A stretch of 64,000 nt of DNA from the NCBI GenBank assembly GCA_947503885.1, contig CANNFD010000011.1:9310-73309 (forward strand). Direction: 5' to 3'. Origin of the DNA: an uncultured Olleya sp. Its GTDB lineage: Bacteria > Bacteroidota > Bacteroidia > Flavobacteriales > Flavobacteriaceae. The position numbers and the translations under genes were made by a program. The notes beneath the pieces are model-generated. The model made no database searches. It was given only the letters and a program-made list of their open reading frames with translations, and was not told the origin of the DNA. This document shows, one piece after another, positions 39,525-48,895 of the stretch; within the stretch, counting starts at the first letter, position 1, and every line of letters begins with the position of its first letter.

Positions 39525-40124
39525 TCAATCCTCAATAATATCTACCTCTGCATTGGCATTAAATAGATATGTTTTACCTGTTTTAACCTCGACACACTCA
39601 TGTCTAGTACGACGTTTTGCCCCTTTTTTAAACACACGTCCATTGTGTATTTTAAACGTTTGATGCAAAGGTACTTCAAATATAAAACTTTTATTATTTG
39701 GGGCGTCCAATTGCTTTAATGCTAAAGCCAGTTGCACGTCTGTGTCGCTAGAGGCTTTAGGATTAATAAAATGCTTGGCAATTGCAGGCAAAATAGCCTC
39801 TGGAAATACCTCTGGATTTATAAAAGGTAACATTAAGTGTTGGAAAGTACGCTTCCACTCTGCCCCATGAGGTTTGATATGACGCCCAAATTTAGAAAAC
39901 GCTTCTAAATGGGCTATTTCATGGATTAGTGTTATTAAAAATCGGTATTTATTTAAGCTACCATTAACCGTTATTTGATGTTTCCCGTTTGGTAATCTGC
40001 GGTAATCACCATGTCTAGTTTTACGTTCTTTTTTTACCTTAATTACCAAATGATCATGCGCTAATAGTTGTAACACTTTAGGCACTGACGCTTCTGGTAT
40101 ATAATGAGAAATAGTGTTTTGCAT
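39525..40124 (-). CDS. SprT-like zinc metalloprotease domain protein
   Basis: TLIHEIAHL HExxH, PHG.EWK; ATG 40124 preferred, preceded by TATTTTTG at 40130-40137. Confidence 0.85.
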   Translation of the reverse strand: MQNTISHYIPEASVPKVLQLLAHDHLVIKVKKERKTRHGDYRRLPNGKHQITVNGSLNKYRFLITLIHEIAHLEAFSKFGRHIKPHGAEWKRTFQHLMLPFINPEVFPEAILPAIAKHFINPKASSDTDVQLALALKQLDAPNNKSFIFEVPLHQTFKIHNGRVFKKGAKRRTRHECVEVKTGKTYLFNANAEVDIIED

Positions 40125-40296
40125 TATTACAAAAATAGAAGAATTTAATGAGAAAAATAAGCTTTTAAACATATTGATTTTTACCTAACAACTAATTGAT
40201 TTACCAGGCCAGTTTTATGCAAACGACTACTCTTTATATTAAACCTTTTAAGATAAAACGATACTTGGTTTATCTAAAATAGTTAGTGTAAAATAT

Positions 40297-40332
40297 AAAA
40301 ACCGCTTCCAAGTAAATGAAAGCGGTTTTTTA
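40297..40332 (-). terminator. intrinsic terminator after the outer-membrane beta-barrel gene
   Basis: AAAAACCGCTT-loop-AAGCGGTTTTTT. Confidence 0.7.
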
Positions 40333-40355
40333 ATTTATAACAACTGTGTTTTTTT

Positions 40356-40955
40356 TTAGAAACCAAATCCTATAGAGAATTGCCATACTCTGTTTTTTGG
40401 CGACCCATCGTTATCATCATAGATATCTCCTAATCCTAAATGGTAACGTACACCAAATGTGACATTAGACTCTGTTTTAAAACCTGCTCCAAAATTTACT
40501 CCGTAATCAAAGTTATTTGGTTCAAACTCTTGAGAGGTATCAAATAAATCAAAGTTACTATCGTAAGTTTCTTTATGCGATATAGCATATCCTATTTGTG
40601 CACCACCTTCTAAATAAAAAGTACTTACTGGGTATAATTTTAAGGATAATGGTAGATTAATGTAATTTAGTTTTTGTGTAAATGTACCGTTATTAGATTC
40701 TATTTGATAGCCTTGTTGAGAGTATACTACTTCTATTTGCAGTGCTGCAAAATCGGCAACATAAGACTCGCCATAAAACCCTACATGAAAACCGCTACGT
40801 TGTCCAGTTTCTGCATCCCCATCGTATTGGACAGCAGCTAGGTTGTAACCTGCTTTAATCCCTCCGTTAGACTTTGTTTTAGCTGCTTCGTCTTGAGCAT
40901 TTACTAAAAACATTACACCAATACTTAGTGCTATTGATAAAAATATCTTTTTCAT
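40356..40955 (-). CDS. outer membrane beta-barrel protein (PorT/porin-like family)
   Basis: Signal peptide, GGIKAGYN, YSQQG, YINLPL, terminal GFGF. Confidence 0.82.
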   Translation of the reverse strand: MKKIFLSIALSIGVMFLVNAQDEAAKTKSNGGIKAGYNLAAVQYDGDAETGQRSGFHVGFYGESYVADFAALQIEVVYSQQGYQIESNNGTFTQKLNYINLPLSLKLYPVSTFYLEGGAQIGYAISHKETYDSNFDLFDTSQEFEPNNFDYGVNFGAGFKTESNVTFGVRYHLGLGDIYDDNDGSPKNRVWQFSIGFGF

Positions 40956-41003
40956 AATTAATAAGTTTTAATATGTGATTTTTAAATTGTTATTGTTGTT
41001 TAA

Positions 41004-41777
41004 TTATTTCCCTCCGTTAGCCTGAAGATCTGCAATACATTGTGCGTCTAGTTGTGGTGCAGAACCACCAGAAATCATATCCATAACTCCATTACTTGTT
41101 TCGGCTTGCCAATACATTAAGCAGCTATCCACATTACAATGCCTAGGATGATCAACATCCTCATGATTAGTTTGTGTAGCACTACCCAAATTAGTTAGCC
41201 CTAAAATATGTCCAAACTCGTGATTAATTACTGTGGTTTCTAAAATTGGAGTAGTGTTTAAAACTGTACCAGAGGTTAACTGCTCTATCATTTCTTGATA
41301 AATAATAAAAGACGTGTTTCTATAAGCTGTACCTAAAACGATTCCGGTATCTGTATTATTTACAGATTCTCCGTCTGCAAAAAACATCCAAACTGCAATT
41401 TGATTGTTTGTATTAAACTGTGTACGATTTGCTTCTTCTATTGCAATAATATCTTGATTAGTATATGGCGACAAACCTGTAGATGGAATAGATCGTTTTT
41501 GTACCGTTATCCCTTCTGGCTTGTTAATTCTGTTTTCTAAAAAAGAAACAAAATTATTAATTGCGGTTTGTGAGGGTTCAAAACCGTCAACATAAACAAC
41601 CTCAACAACAAGACTTGTAAAAGTATTTGCTGATAACAAATCGTTTGCAGACACACCAACACTTAACGCATTAGCCTGTGTAGCCTCACTATTGGTACCA
41701 TTATCTGTTTGTGAGTCGTCACTACTACATGACATAAATACAAACAATACAATACATAAATACTTTACCTTTTTCAT
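41004..41777 (-). CDS. zincin metalloprotease lipoprotein
   Basis: Lipobox FMSC followed by acidic SSDD; HEFGHILGL...HC..DSCLM. Confidence 0.8.
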   Translation of the reverse strand: MKKVKYLCIVLFVFMSCSSDDSQTDNGTNSEATQANALSVGVSANDLLSANTFTSLVVEVVYVDGFEPSQTAINNFVSFLENRINKPEGITVQKRSIPSTGLSPYTNQDIIAIEEANRTQFNTNNQIAVWMFFADGESVNNTDTGIVLGTAYRNTSFIIYQEMIEQLTSGTVLNTTPILETTVINHEFGHILGLTNLGSATQTNHEDVDHPRHCNVDSCLMYWQAETSNGVMDMISGGSAPQLDAQCIADLQANGGK

Positions 41778-41793
41778 TTGTGTATTTTATTTT

Positions 41794-41829
41794 AAAAAAC
41801 TGCTACCCGAATTAAAGGATAGCAGTTTT
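41794..41829 (-). terminator. internal terminator/attenuating hairpin between the two lipoprotein genes
   Basis: Minus strand AAAACTGCTATCC-loop-GGTAGCAGTTTTTT. Confidence 0.55.
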
Positions 41830-41858
41830 GTAAAGTGCTATTAATTAATCTATACTAA

Positions 41859-42917
41859 CTATATTTGAGTCAACACTAAAGTTAACGCTGCATTAGCAGT
41901 GCTTTGCAATGAAATTGATGTGCTATTATAACTAGTAACTACCCAGTTTTGGTTTAATACATTAAATGTAATATTACCTGCAAACGTTAGGTCTAAATAT
42001 ACTTCTGTTTCAGACGTTACTTGGTAAGTACCTTGTACATCTTGTACTGTAGCATTTACTACGTTATCTGCAACAACTGTTAAATCATTTGCAAAATCTA
42101 AAGTAAACTCAGCAAAATCTGTAGCAGTATCTACACCTGACTCTACTATCGATTGTATTTGAAATACACCATTTACTAATATTGTTTCTAAGCTATCTGC
42201 ATTGTCTTCTGCTTCTTCTTCTAATTCTTCATAATTTAAACAATCAGAAATAGCTGCTTGTAATTCGGCATCACTGCTAACAGTTACTGTTTGTGTTACT
42301 CCACTTGCGACAGTTGCTGTAATTGGGTAATTAATTGCAAATAACTGATTATTACCAAAGTTATTTATATACCCATATAATTGTTGTTCAGTTTCAATAA
42401 CAACACTACCTGTTTGCTCGTAATTTAAACTATAAGTTAAAATTGTAATTGGAAAATCAATATCCACACAAGAGATTGCACTTTCGCCAGCAGCTTCTAA
42501 TTCTTGACATGCTGTTAAAATTTGATCATATTCTGCTTGATTAGTAACCACTACTTCTGTGTAATTACTTAAAGTAACAGTTAACGGGAATTGCAACTCT
42601 ACAGTGTCATCGTCTGTATTAAATTGTCCTAAAATATTAATTACTTGTTGGTAGTCTGACTCACTAACTAATGTTATTTGCGTTCCATTAACAGTCGCTG
42701 TAACTGGCAACAATATAGACGAGCATGAGGCACCATCTAGAAAATCGTCAAAAGACCCATCATAAGCAGATGTACGTTCTAAGTTACTTGCTGTTTGAGA
42801 ATTTGAAGTGTTTGTGTTTGGGTTTTCTCCGTTTTCGTTATCTATCTCATCTTGACAAGATGTAAAGGTTAACATTGATGTTAAAAATAACGCTGTAAAT
42901 AATTTAAGGGTTTTCAT
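41859..42917 (-). CDS. acidic surface lipoprotein with an internal repeat (C..I.FP.T)
   Basis: Lipobox FTSC then QDEID; repeated SCSSILLPVT / SCVDIDFPIT segments. Confidence 0.8.
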   Translation of the reverse strand: MKTLKLFTALFLTSMLTFTSCQDEIDNENGENPNTNTSNSQTASNLERTSAYDGSFDDFLDGASCSSILLPVTATVNGTQITLVSESDYQQVINILGQFNTDDDTVELQFPLTVTLSNYTEVVVTNQAEYDQILTACQELEAAGESAISCVDIDFPITILTYSLNYEQTGSVVIETEQQLYGYINNFGNNQLFAINYPITATVASGVTQTVTVSSDAELQAAISDCLNYEELEEEAEDNADSLETILVNGVFQIQSIVESGVDTATDFAEFTLDFANDLTVVADNVVNATVQDVQGTYQVTSETEVYLDLTFAGNITFNVLNQNWVVTSYNSTSISLQSTANAALTLVLTQI

Positions 42918-43012
42918 AGTCTTTAAATGTTTGTAAAGTTAATTTTTCTTTTTAATTTTTCTTTTTAATCTTATTTTTCTTTTTCAAAACAATTTTTATT
43001 GTCTTCTAAGGG

Positions 43013-43041
43013 TAAGACAACTAATGTTTAATTTACCCTAC
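43013..43041 (-). promoter_or_regulatory. putative ECF-sigma promoter copy 1 (GTAGGGTAA-N11-GTTGTCTTA)
   Basis: Exact match to the copies at 43182-43210 and 43784-43812. Confidence 0.75.
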
Positions 43042-43181
43042 CCTAAAATGTCAACTAATTGATTAATTATATAAATTGACACTGCAAAGCTTGTTAATAA
43101 AACAATTATTAATAATGTTTCAACTATTTCAATAAGTCTCTCGGTTTCCATACTTTTATATTTACTGGATTAATACGACCT

Positions 43182-43210
43182 TAAGACAACACAAAATAAT
43201 TTTACCCTAC
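43182..43210 (-). promoter_or_regulatory. putative ECF-sigma promoter copy 2
   Basis: Plus strand TAAGACAAC-N11-TTACCCTAC. Confidence 0.7.
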
Positions 43211-43263
43211 TTTTACAAAAAAATAATTTTAGACTAGCCTATTAAAACAGCTTAACTTTATTT

Positions 43264-43779
43264 ATGAACAACAGTAAAAACAACCTTTGCGAAGAAAATA
43301 GTTTTAGTAATTTTTATTTAGAACATTTACAGTCTGCTAGTAACTTTGCGTATTATAAATGCGGAGATGGCGCTAAATCTTTAGATTTGGTTCAGGATGC
43401 TTTTTCAAAAATTTGGGAAAACTGTTCTAAAATAGAGTTTGCAAAAGCTAAGACTTATCTATTCACCTCTATTAATAATATGTTTTTAAATACCATAAAA
43501 CATAAAAAGGTGGTTATGGAGTATGCAAAAGCTGCTCCTTATATAGATAAAGATAACCAAAGCCCTGAATATTTATTAGAAGAAGAAGAATTTAAAACAA
43601 AGCTACAAAACGCGATCGCTTTATTAACTGATGGGCAACGTGAAGTTTTTTTATTAAATAGAATTGAAGGAAAAAAATATAGAGAAATTGCCGAAATGCT
43701 TGATATATCTCAAAAAGCAGTAGAAAAAAGAATGTCTGGTGCATTAAAAACACTAAAGCAACATATTGAAAACATTTAA
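43264..43779 (+). CDS. ECF RNA polymerase sigma-70 factor
   Basis: DLVQDAF..IW (region 2), L...QREVFLLNRIEGKKYREIAEML.IS.KAVEKRM (region 4). Confidence 0.93.
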   Translation: MNNSKNNLCEENSFSNFYLEHLQSASNFAYYKCGDGAKSLDLVQDAFSKIWENCSKIEFAKAKTYLFTSINNMFLNTIKHKKVVMEYAKAAPYIDKDNQSPEYLLEEEEFKTKLQNAIALLTDGQREVFLLNRIEGKKYREIAEMLDISQKAVEKRMSGALKTLKQHIENI

Positions 43780-43783
43780 CTAA

Positions 43784-43812
43784 GTAGGGTAAGTTTGTAT
43801 TTAGTTGTCTTA
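43784..43812 (+). promoter_or_regulatory. putative ECF-sigma promoter copy 3, upstream of fecR
   Basis: GTAGGGTAA-GTTTGTATTTA-GTTGTCTTA. Confidence 0.75.
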
Positions 43813-43831
43813 AGAATGAAGGACTTATAAA

Positions 43832-44746
43832 ATGAAAAAAGAAAACAACATATTAAAATGGTTTAATAACGAATTATCTAATCAAGAGTTAGAGGATTTA
43901 AAACAAACCGAAAACCTAGATGTTTTAGAAAAAATAAAACATTATAGTGCCCAAATGGAAGCGCCTAAAGTTGATGCCCAAAAAGCTTTAGCTGCCTTTA
44001 AACAAAAACAACATACCAAATCAACCCCTAAAGTAATTAGCCTAAACTTTAAAACCTTTTTTAAAGTTGCAGCAATGTTGGTTGTTATGCTTGGCGCATC
44101 TTACTTTGCGTTTTTTAATGACACCAAAACATTTACAACACAAATCGCAGAAACTGAAACTTTAATTTTACCTGATAATTCTGAAGTTATTTTAAATGCT
44201 AAATCTAAATTAACCTACAATAAAAAAACATGGGACGATAAGCGTGATTTAGAATTAGAAGGAGAAGCCTTTTTTAAAGTTAGTAAAGGACAAAAGTTTA
44301 CTGTTACTACAGACGCTGGTGTAGTACAAGTGTTAGGAACCCAATTTAACGTTAAAGAACGTGACAATTACTTTGAAGTAAATTGCTTTGAAGGCTTAGT
44401 AAGTGTAACCTACAACAATCAAACCGTGAAGCTAAAAAAAGGCAAAGGGTATAAAGTTGTTGATGGTATTATTGAACTTACAGAAAGCAATACTATTAAG
44501 GCGCCATCTTGGTTACAAGATGAAAGCAGCTTTACTAAAATAGCTCTAAAACAAGTGATTGCAGAACTAGAACTCCAATATAAAGTCAAAATTAATTTTG
44601 AAAATATTGATGATTCTCAATTATTTACCGGTACTTTTACACATAGTAACTTAAATACTGCATTACAGTCTGTTACTATACCTTTAAAAATTAGTTATAA
44701 AATTGAGAAGAATATAGTTACATTTTATAAATATGAAGAGAACTAG
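43832..44746 (+). CDS. fecR: FecR family anti-sigma factor
   Basis: One TM helix, LPDNSEVILNA.S.L, LEGEAFFKV.KG, VQVLGTQFNV. Confidence 0.92.
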   Translation: MKKENNILKWFNNELSNQELEDLKQTENLDVLEKIKHYSAQMEAPKVDAQKALAAFKQKQHTKSTPKVISLNFKTFFKVAAMLVVMLGASYFAFFNDTKTFTTQIAETETLILPDNSEVILNAKSKLTYNKKTWDDKRDLELEGEAFFKVSKGQKFTVTTDAGVVQVLGTQFNVKERDNYFEVNCFEGLVSVTYNNQTVKLKKGKGYKVVDGIIELTESNTIKAPSWLQDESSFTKIALKQVIAELELQYKVKINFENIDDSQLFTGTFTHSNLNTALQSVTIPLKISYKIEKNIVTFYKYEEN

Positions 44747-47270
44747 ATGGATCGTTTGTTTATTGTTTTTTATAACCAACATTTGCATTAGTCAAACTAC
44801 TACCGATAAAATACCACTAACAGATTATATTAAAACTATTGAAGCAGAATTTGATGTGAAATTCTCCTATGCTGTAGATGATGTTGCTAATATTTTAATT
44901 GATAAACCCACTACTTCATTAAACTTAAAAGAGACCCTTAACTACCTAAACTCTAAAACGTTTTTAAACTTTAAAACTATCGACAACCGTTATATAACGG
45001 TTTCGGTGTTAGAAAAAACAATATCTATTTGTGGTATTGTGCTTTCAGAACACGAACCCCTTTTAGGTGCTTCTGTAATAATATCTGGGACAACAAAAGG
45101 CACAAGTACTAATTACGATGGACAGTTTCAACTAAATAATATTCCGTTAAACACAACCCTTTCAATTTCTTATTTAGGATTTGAAACCCAAACGATTAGC
45201 GCCAAGTATTTTTTTAAGGACGATCAAACTTGCAAACCCTTAACCTTAACAGAAAATAGCGAACAACTTAACGAGGTATTAATCACTAAGTTTCTTACTA
45301 CAGGTTTACAAAAACTAGCTGATGGTAGCATCGTTTTAAACACAGAGCAGTTTGGTATTTTACCGGGACTGATCGAGCCTGACATCCTATTATCTATCCA
45401 AGCACTACCAGGTGTAGAAAGTGTTAATGAAAGTGTTGCAAATATTAATGTTAGAGGTGGTACTAACGACCAAAACCTAATGTTATGGGATGACATAAAA
45501 ATGTACCATTCCGGACACTTTTTTGGACTAATATCGGCTTACAATCCTAATTTAACTAATAAGGTTATTGTTACCAAAAACGGGACCAGCAGCCAATATA
45601 GCGATGGGGTTTCTAGCACCATTAACATGTACACCAAAGACAAAATATCTAATACATTTGCGGGCGGAGTTGGTGTTAATTTAATAAGCGCAGATGCCTT
45701 TTTAGAAGTACCGATTTCTAAAAAATTAGAATTACATATCTCCGGAAGACGCTCTATCACAGATGGGATTTCCACACCTACTTACGAGAATTATTTTGAA
45801 AGAAGTTTTCAGGATAGTGATATCAATACTAATGCTTCAGGCAATAATACAAACACCACATCAGACTTTGTGTTTTATGATTATACTGCAAAGCTACTTT
45901 TTGACTTAAATAAAAATCATAAGTTTAGAGCTAATGTGATTGGTATAAATAACAATTTAGATTATACCGAAAGTGTTTTAAATAACAACAATACAACCAC
46001 CTCAAAAGCAAGTAATTTATCACAAACCAATTTGGGTTATGGTGCTAATTGGAACGCACAATGGACCGACAAGTTTAGCACTACTTTATCCGGAAGCTAC
46101 TCGCAATACAATGTGGATGCTACAGATTTAAAAGTAGAAACCAACCAAGGATTAACACAAGCAAACGAGGTTTTAGAAACAGGCGCACAATTTAAAACTA
46201 AATATAACGTCAATAATAACATGTCCGTTTTAACGGGTTATCAATTTGAAGAAATCGGTATATTAAACCAAACCACTGTTACTGCACCTGCATACGAGCG
46301 TACTAAAAAAGACGTCTTGCTTAATCACGCTGCATTTACAGAAGTAGAATATAATAATAAAAGCACCTATTTTAGACTTGGGGTTAGAGCTAATTATTTT
46401 CAAAAATTTAATCAGCTAATTATTGAGCCTAGAGTAAATATTAGACAAAAGCTATCCCGACAATTGGCTTTAAAACTAGAAGGCGAATTTAAAAATCAGT
46501 CTGTAACACAAATTGTAGATTTTCAGGATGATTTTTTAGGTGTCGAAAACAGACGTTGGATTTTAGCCAATAATACCACAATACCAATATCAACTAGTAA
46601 GCAAGCCTCTTTTGGTGTCGATTTTAAACAAAGCAATTTTAATCTTGACGTTACTGGTTTTTACAAAGTTGTCGATGGGATTACTGCCAGAAACCAAGGG
46701 TTTTATAACAATTTTCAATACCTTAATGCTACAGGAAATTATACCGCAAAAGGCGTCGAGTTTTTAGCCAAAAACACCTCAGAAAAATTAAGTACCTGGT
46801 TAAGTTATGCATATAGTATAAACGAGTACAAATTTGAAACTTTTAACCCTTCTGTTTTTCCTAATAATGTAGATATTAGACACTCTGTCTCCCTAGCATT
46901 TAACTATGCGTTATTTAAAAATTTCCAACTGTCTGTAGGCGGAGTTTGGCATTCTGGACAACCCTATACTAGACCTTTAGAAGGTAACGAAACAGTAGAA
47001 ATTGACGACAACTACTTTGTTAATTATGACCAACCAAACAGTCAAAATGTAGATCCTTTTTTAAGAGTTGACACCTCTATTAGCTACGATATTAACCTGT
47101 CTAACAATTCAAAATTAACTTTTAGAGCTGGTGTTAGAAACCTAACTAACGAAGACAATATCATTAACAAGTATTTTAAAGTTGACCCAGAAGACACCAA
47201 CAAGACCGTTGAGATTAACAATAAGTCTTTAGGATTTACACCAAATGCTAGTTTGCGTGTTAGTTTTTAA
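44733..47270 (+). CDS. TonB-dependent receptor with N-terminal signalling and CarboxypepD_reg-like domains
   Basis: GTSTNYDGQF.L, LPGV...NVRGGTNDQNL plug, terminal LRVSF. Confidence 0.9.
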   Translation: MKRTRWIVCLLFFITNICISQTTTDKIPLTDYIKTIEAEFDVKFSYAVDDVANILIDKPTTSLNLKETLNYLNSKTFLNFKTIDNRYITVSVLEKTISICGIVLSEHEPLLGASVIISGTTKGTSTNYDGQFQLNNIPLNTTLSISYLGFETQTISAKYFFKDDQTCKPLTLTENSEQLNEVLITKFLTTGLQKLADGSIVLNTEQFGILPGLIEPDILLSIQALPGVESVNESVANINVRGGTNDQNLMLWDDIKMYHSGHFFGLISAYNPNLTNKVIVTKNGTSSQYSDGVSSTINMYTKDKISNTFAGGVGVNLISADAFLEVPISKKLELHISGRRSITDGISTPTYENYFERSFQDSDINTNASGNNTNTTSDFVFYDYTAKLLFDLNKNHKFRANVIGINNNLDYTESVLNNNNTTTSKASNLSQTNLGYGANWNAQWTDKFSTTLSGSYSQYNVDATDLKVETNQGLTQANEVLETGAQFKTKYNVNNNMSVLTGYQFEEIGILNQTTVTAPAYERTKKDVLLNHAAFTEVEYNNKSTYFRLGVRANYFQKFNQLIIEPRVNIRQKLSRQLALKLEGEFKNQSVTQIVDFQDDFLGVENRRWILANNTTIPISTSKQASFGVDFKQSNFNLDVTGFYKVVDGITARNQGFYNNFQYLNATGNYTAKGVEFLAKNTSEKLSTWLSYAYSINEYKFETFNPSVFPNNVDIRHSVSLAFNYALFKNFQLSVGGVWHSGQPYTRPLEGNETVEIDDNYFVNYDQPNSQNVDPFLRVDTSISYDINLSNNSKLTFRAGVRNLTNEDNIINKYFKVDPEDTNKTVEINNKSLGFTPNASLRVSF

Positions 47271-47290
47271 TGGACTTCTCTAATTAAAGT

Positions 47291-47380
47291 TACGTCGTTG
47301 TACAAATCTATATTTTTACAAAAACCGACTAACAGAATTGGACAATTGACAAATAAATCAAACGTTTTTTATCAGTGACA
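47291..47380 (+). repeat. degenerate copy R0 of the ~100-bp promoter-like repeat
   Basis: TACGTCGTTGTAC...ACAAAAACCGACTAAC...TTGGACAATTGAC...TTTTTTATCA aligns with 50245-50332. Confidence 0.55.
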
Positions 47381-47534
47381 CAATTAACAAACTAGCCAAT
47401 TACTATTCAATACAAACCATAACTTACACACCTTCAAACACTAAAAGTCATTTTTTTTGTGTCGCAGAGCCCAAAACCTACATACGTGCTAAACAACTAC
47501 TCCTTTTAGGAAGATTATTTAACATAAAGCTAAT

Positions 47535-47600
47535 TTATAGATAGTCTAACAAAAACAAATTAGATTTGTTGAACGATTTGCAAAAAACATGAAACAATTT
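47535..47600 (+). repeat. degenerate copy R1 of the ~100-bp repeat, with a perfect TAGATTTG -7 element at 47561-47568
   Basis: TATAGATAGTCTAACAAAAAC...TTTGTTGAACGATTTGCAAAAAACATGAAAC. Confidence 0.6.
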
Positions 47601-47671
47601 TATATTTTTTAATACATTTGATGCAAATTTTTAAAAAAGAACACAAACAATAATCTATATATTTAATTTTA

Positions 47672-48415
47672 ATGAAAACTTACATTTCCCTTTTTATTTT
47701 TAGCATTTTTACCAATATGATGATAGCCCAAGTAGGAATTGGTACTACAGAGCCAAAAGCCGCATTGGACATTACTTCAGAAGATTCAGGTTTATTAATT
47801 CCTCGTGTTGCACTTAGCGATATAACGGATAGCACCACGGTTAGGACACCATCGGATTCCGATCCTGACGTAGAGGTTAGCACATTGGTTTATAATGATG
47901 GGACCGGAGGCTTACAACCTGCTGGTTTTTATTATTGGGAAGGTAGCAAGTGGATTCAATTTGCATCAACCGAGAAGCAAGTACATGTAGGTAAATTCAA
48001 GATAACAGCTTCTGGGATCACTACTATTGCTGGATTACCATTTAAACCAAAAAGTATCGAGTTTAAAGCATATGCTAATATTGAAGATTACAATTTAAAT
48101 AGCGATAATGGTGTAAATAACAATAACTCAGGATTACAAAACTACTTTGGATACATGCAAGGTTATGCTCAAAACACTTCTGGTACTATTGAGCAGCAAG
48201 TAATAGCAGGTGGTGCAAGTGCCAATTCTGTAAATGACCATTCACGTTACGCTTCGGACACTAATTGTATCGGAGTACGTTATGCAAACCAAAACGGAGA
48301 TTCGTTAGGATTAACAAATGCTTCACTTACCTCTTTTAACGCAGATGGTTTTACATTAAATGTAAGCAATTTTACTGATGGCTTAGTTGTAATTTATACC
48401 GCTTATAAGTATTAA
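47672..48415 (+). CDS. secreted hypothetical protein (Flavobacteriaceae QVGIGT family)
   Basis: Signal peptide, then QVGIGTTEPKAALDITS..SGLLIPRVAL and GFYYWEGSKW. Confidence 0.8.
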   Translation: MKTYISLFIFSIFTNMMIAQVGIGTTEPKAALDITSEDSGLLIPRVALSDITDSTTVRTPSDSDPDVEVSTLVYNDGTGGLQPAGFYYWEGSKWIQFASTEKQVHVGKFKITASGITTIAGLPFKPKSIEFKAYANIEDYNLNSDNGVNNNNSGLQNYFGYMQGYAQNTSGTIEQQVIAGGASANSVNDHSRYASDTNCIGVRYANQNGDSLGLTNASLTSFNADGFTLNVSNFTDGLVVIYTAYKY

Positions 48416-48532
48416 TAATATAAGTAAGCCTAAATTAAAATGTTTTTTTAATAAGCACATCTTAAAATGTAAAACAAAAGCATTATATAATAGTTAGCAT
48501 TATGCTTAAAAATTAATGTTATATAACATAAA

Positions 48533-48592
48533 AACACAAACAAAAAACGCTTTCAAATATCTGAAGGCGTTTTTTAGTATAATAAAGTTTAA
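48533..48592. terminator. copy A of the argS terminator/3' region
   Basis: AACACAAACAAAAAACGCTTTCAAATATCTGAAGGCGTTTTTTAGTATAATAAAGTTTAA, near-identical to 51241-51298. Confidence 0.8.
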
Positions 48593-48895
48593 AACTGAAA
48601 AACGTTTTGTCCAACCACAACTTTTAAAGAATTATCATCTCCGGAAAAAACACCTGCACCTTTCCGGTTAGACAAACTCGTGTAAGAGGGATAGTTTTAC
48701 ACTGTACTTTATCAATTTAGTCATTTAAAAACTAATTGTAATAAGGTAAAAAAGAACCCCTCCCAACCAACTTATGATTAATTCCTAGAGTTAAAATCAA
48801 AAAAAATCAGAAAATATGTATACATTTGATAGAGCTATAATCGATTGAATATCAACAACTAACACTAGCATTAATTGAGATTAAAATAAAATATT

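Noticed and set aside
39322-39663. 113-aa plus-strand ORF and low-complexity intergenic DNA upstream of manC
   Set aside because: TTG start, partly antisense to the SprT-like gene, AT-rich and without motifs
47517-47544. Second XerD-arm-like ATTTAACATAA next to repeat R1
   Set aside because: The putative XerC arm is poor at 6-nt spacing, and an 11-mer in AT-rich DNA can occur by chance; needs a dif profile search
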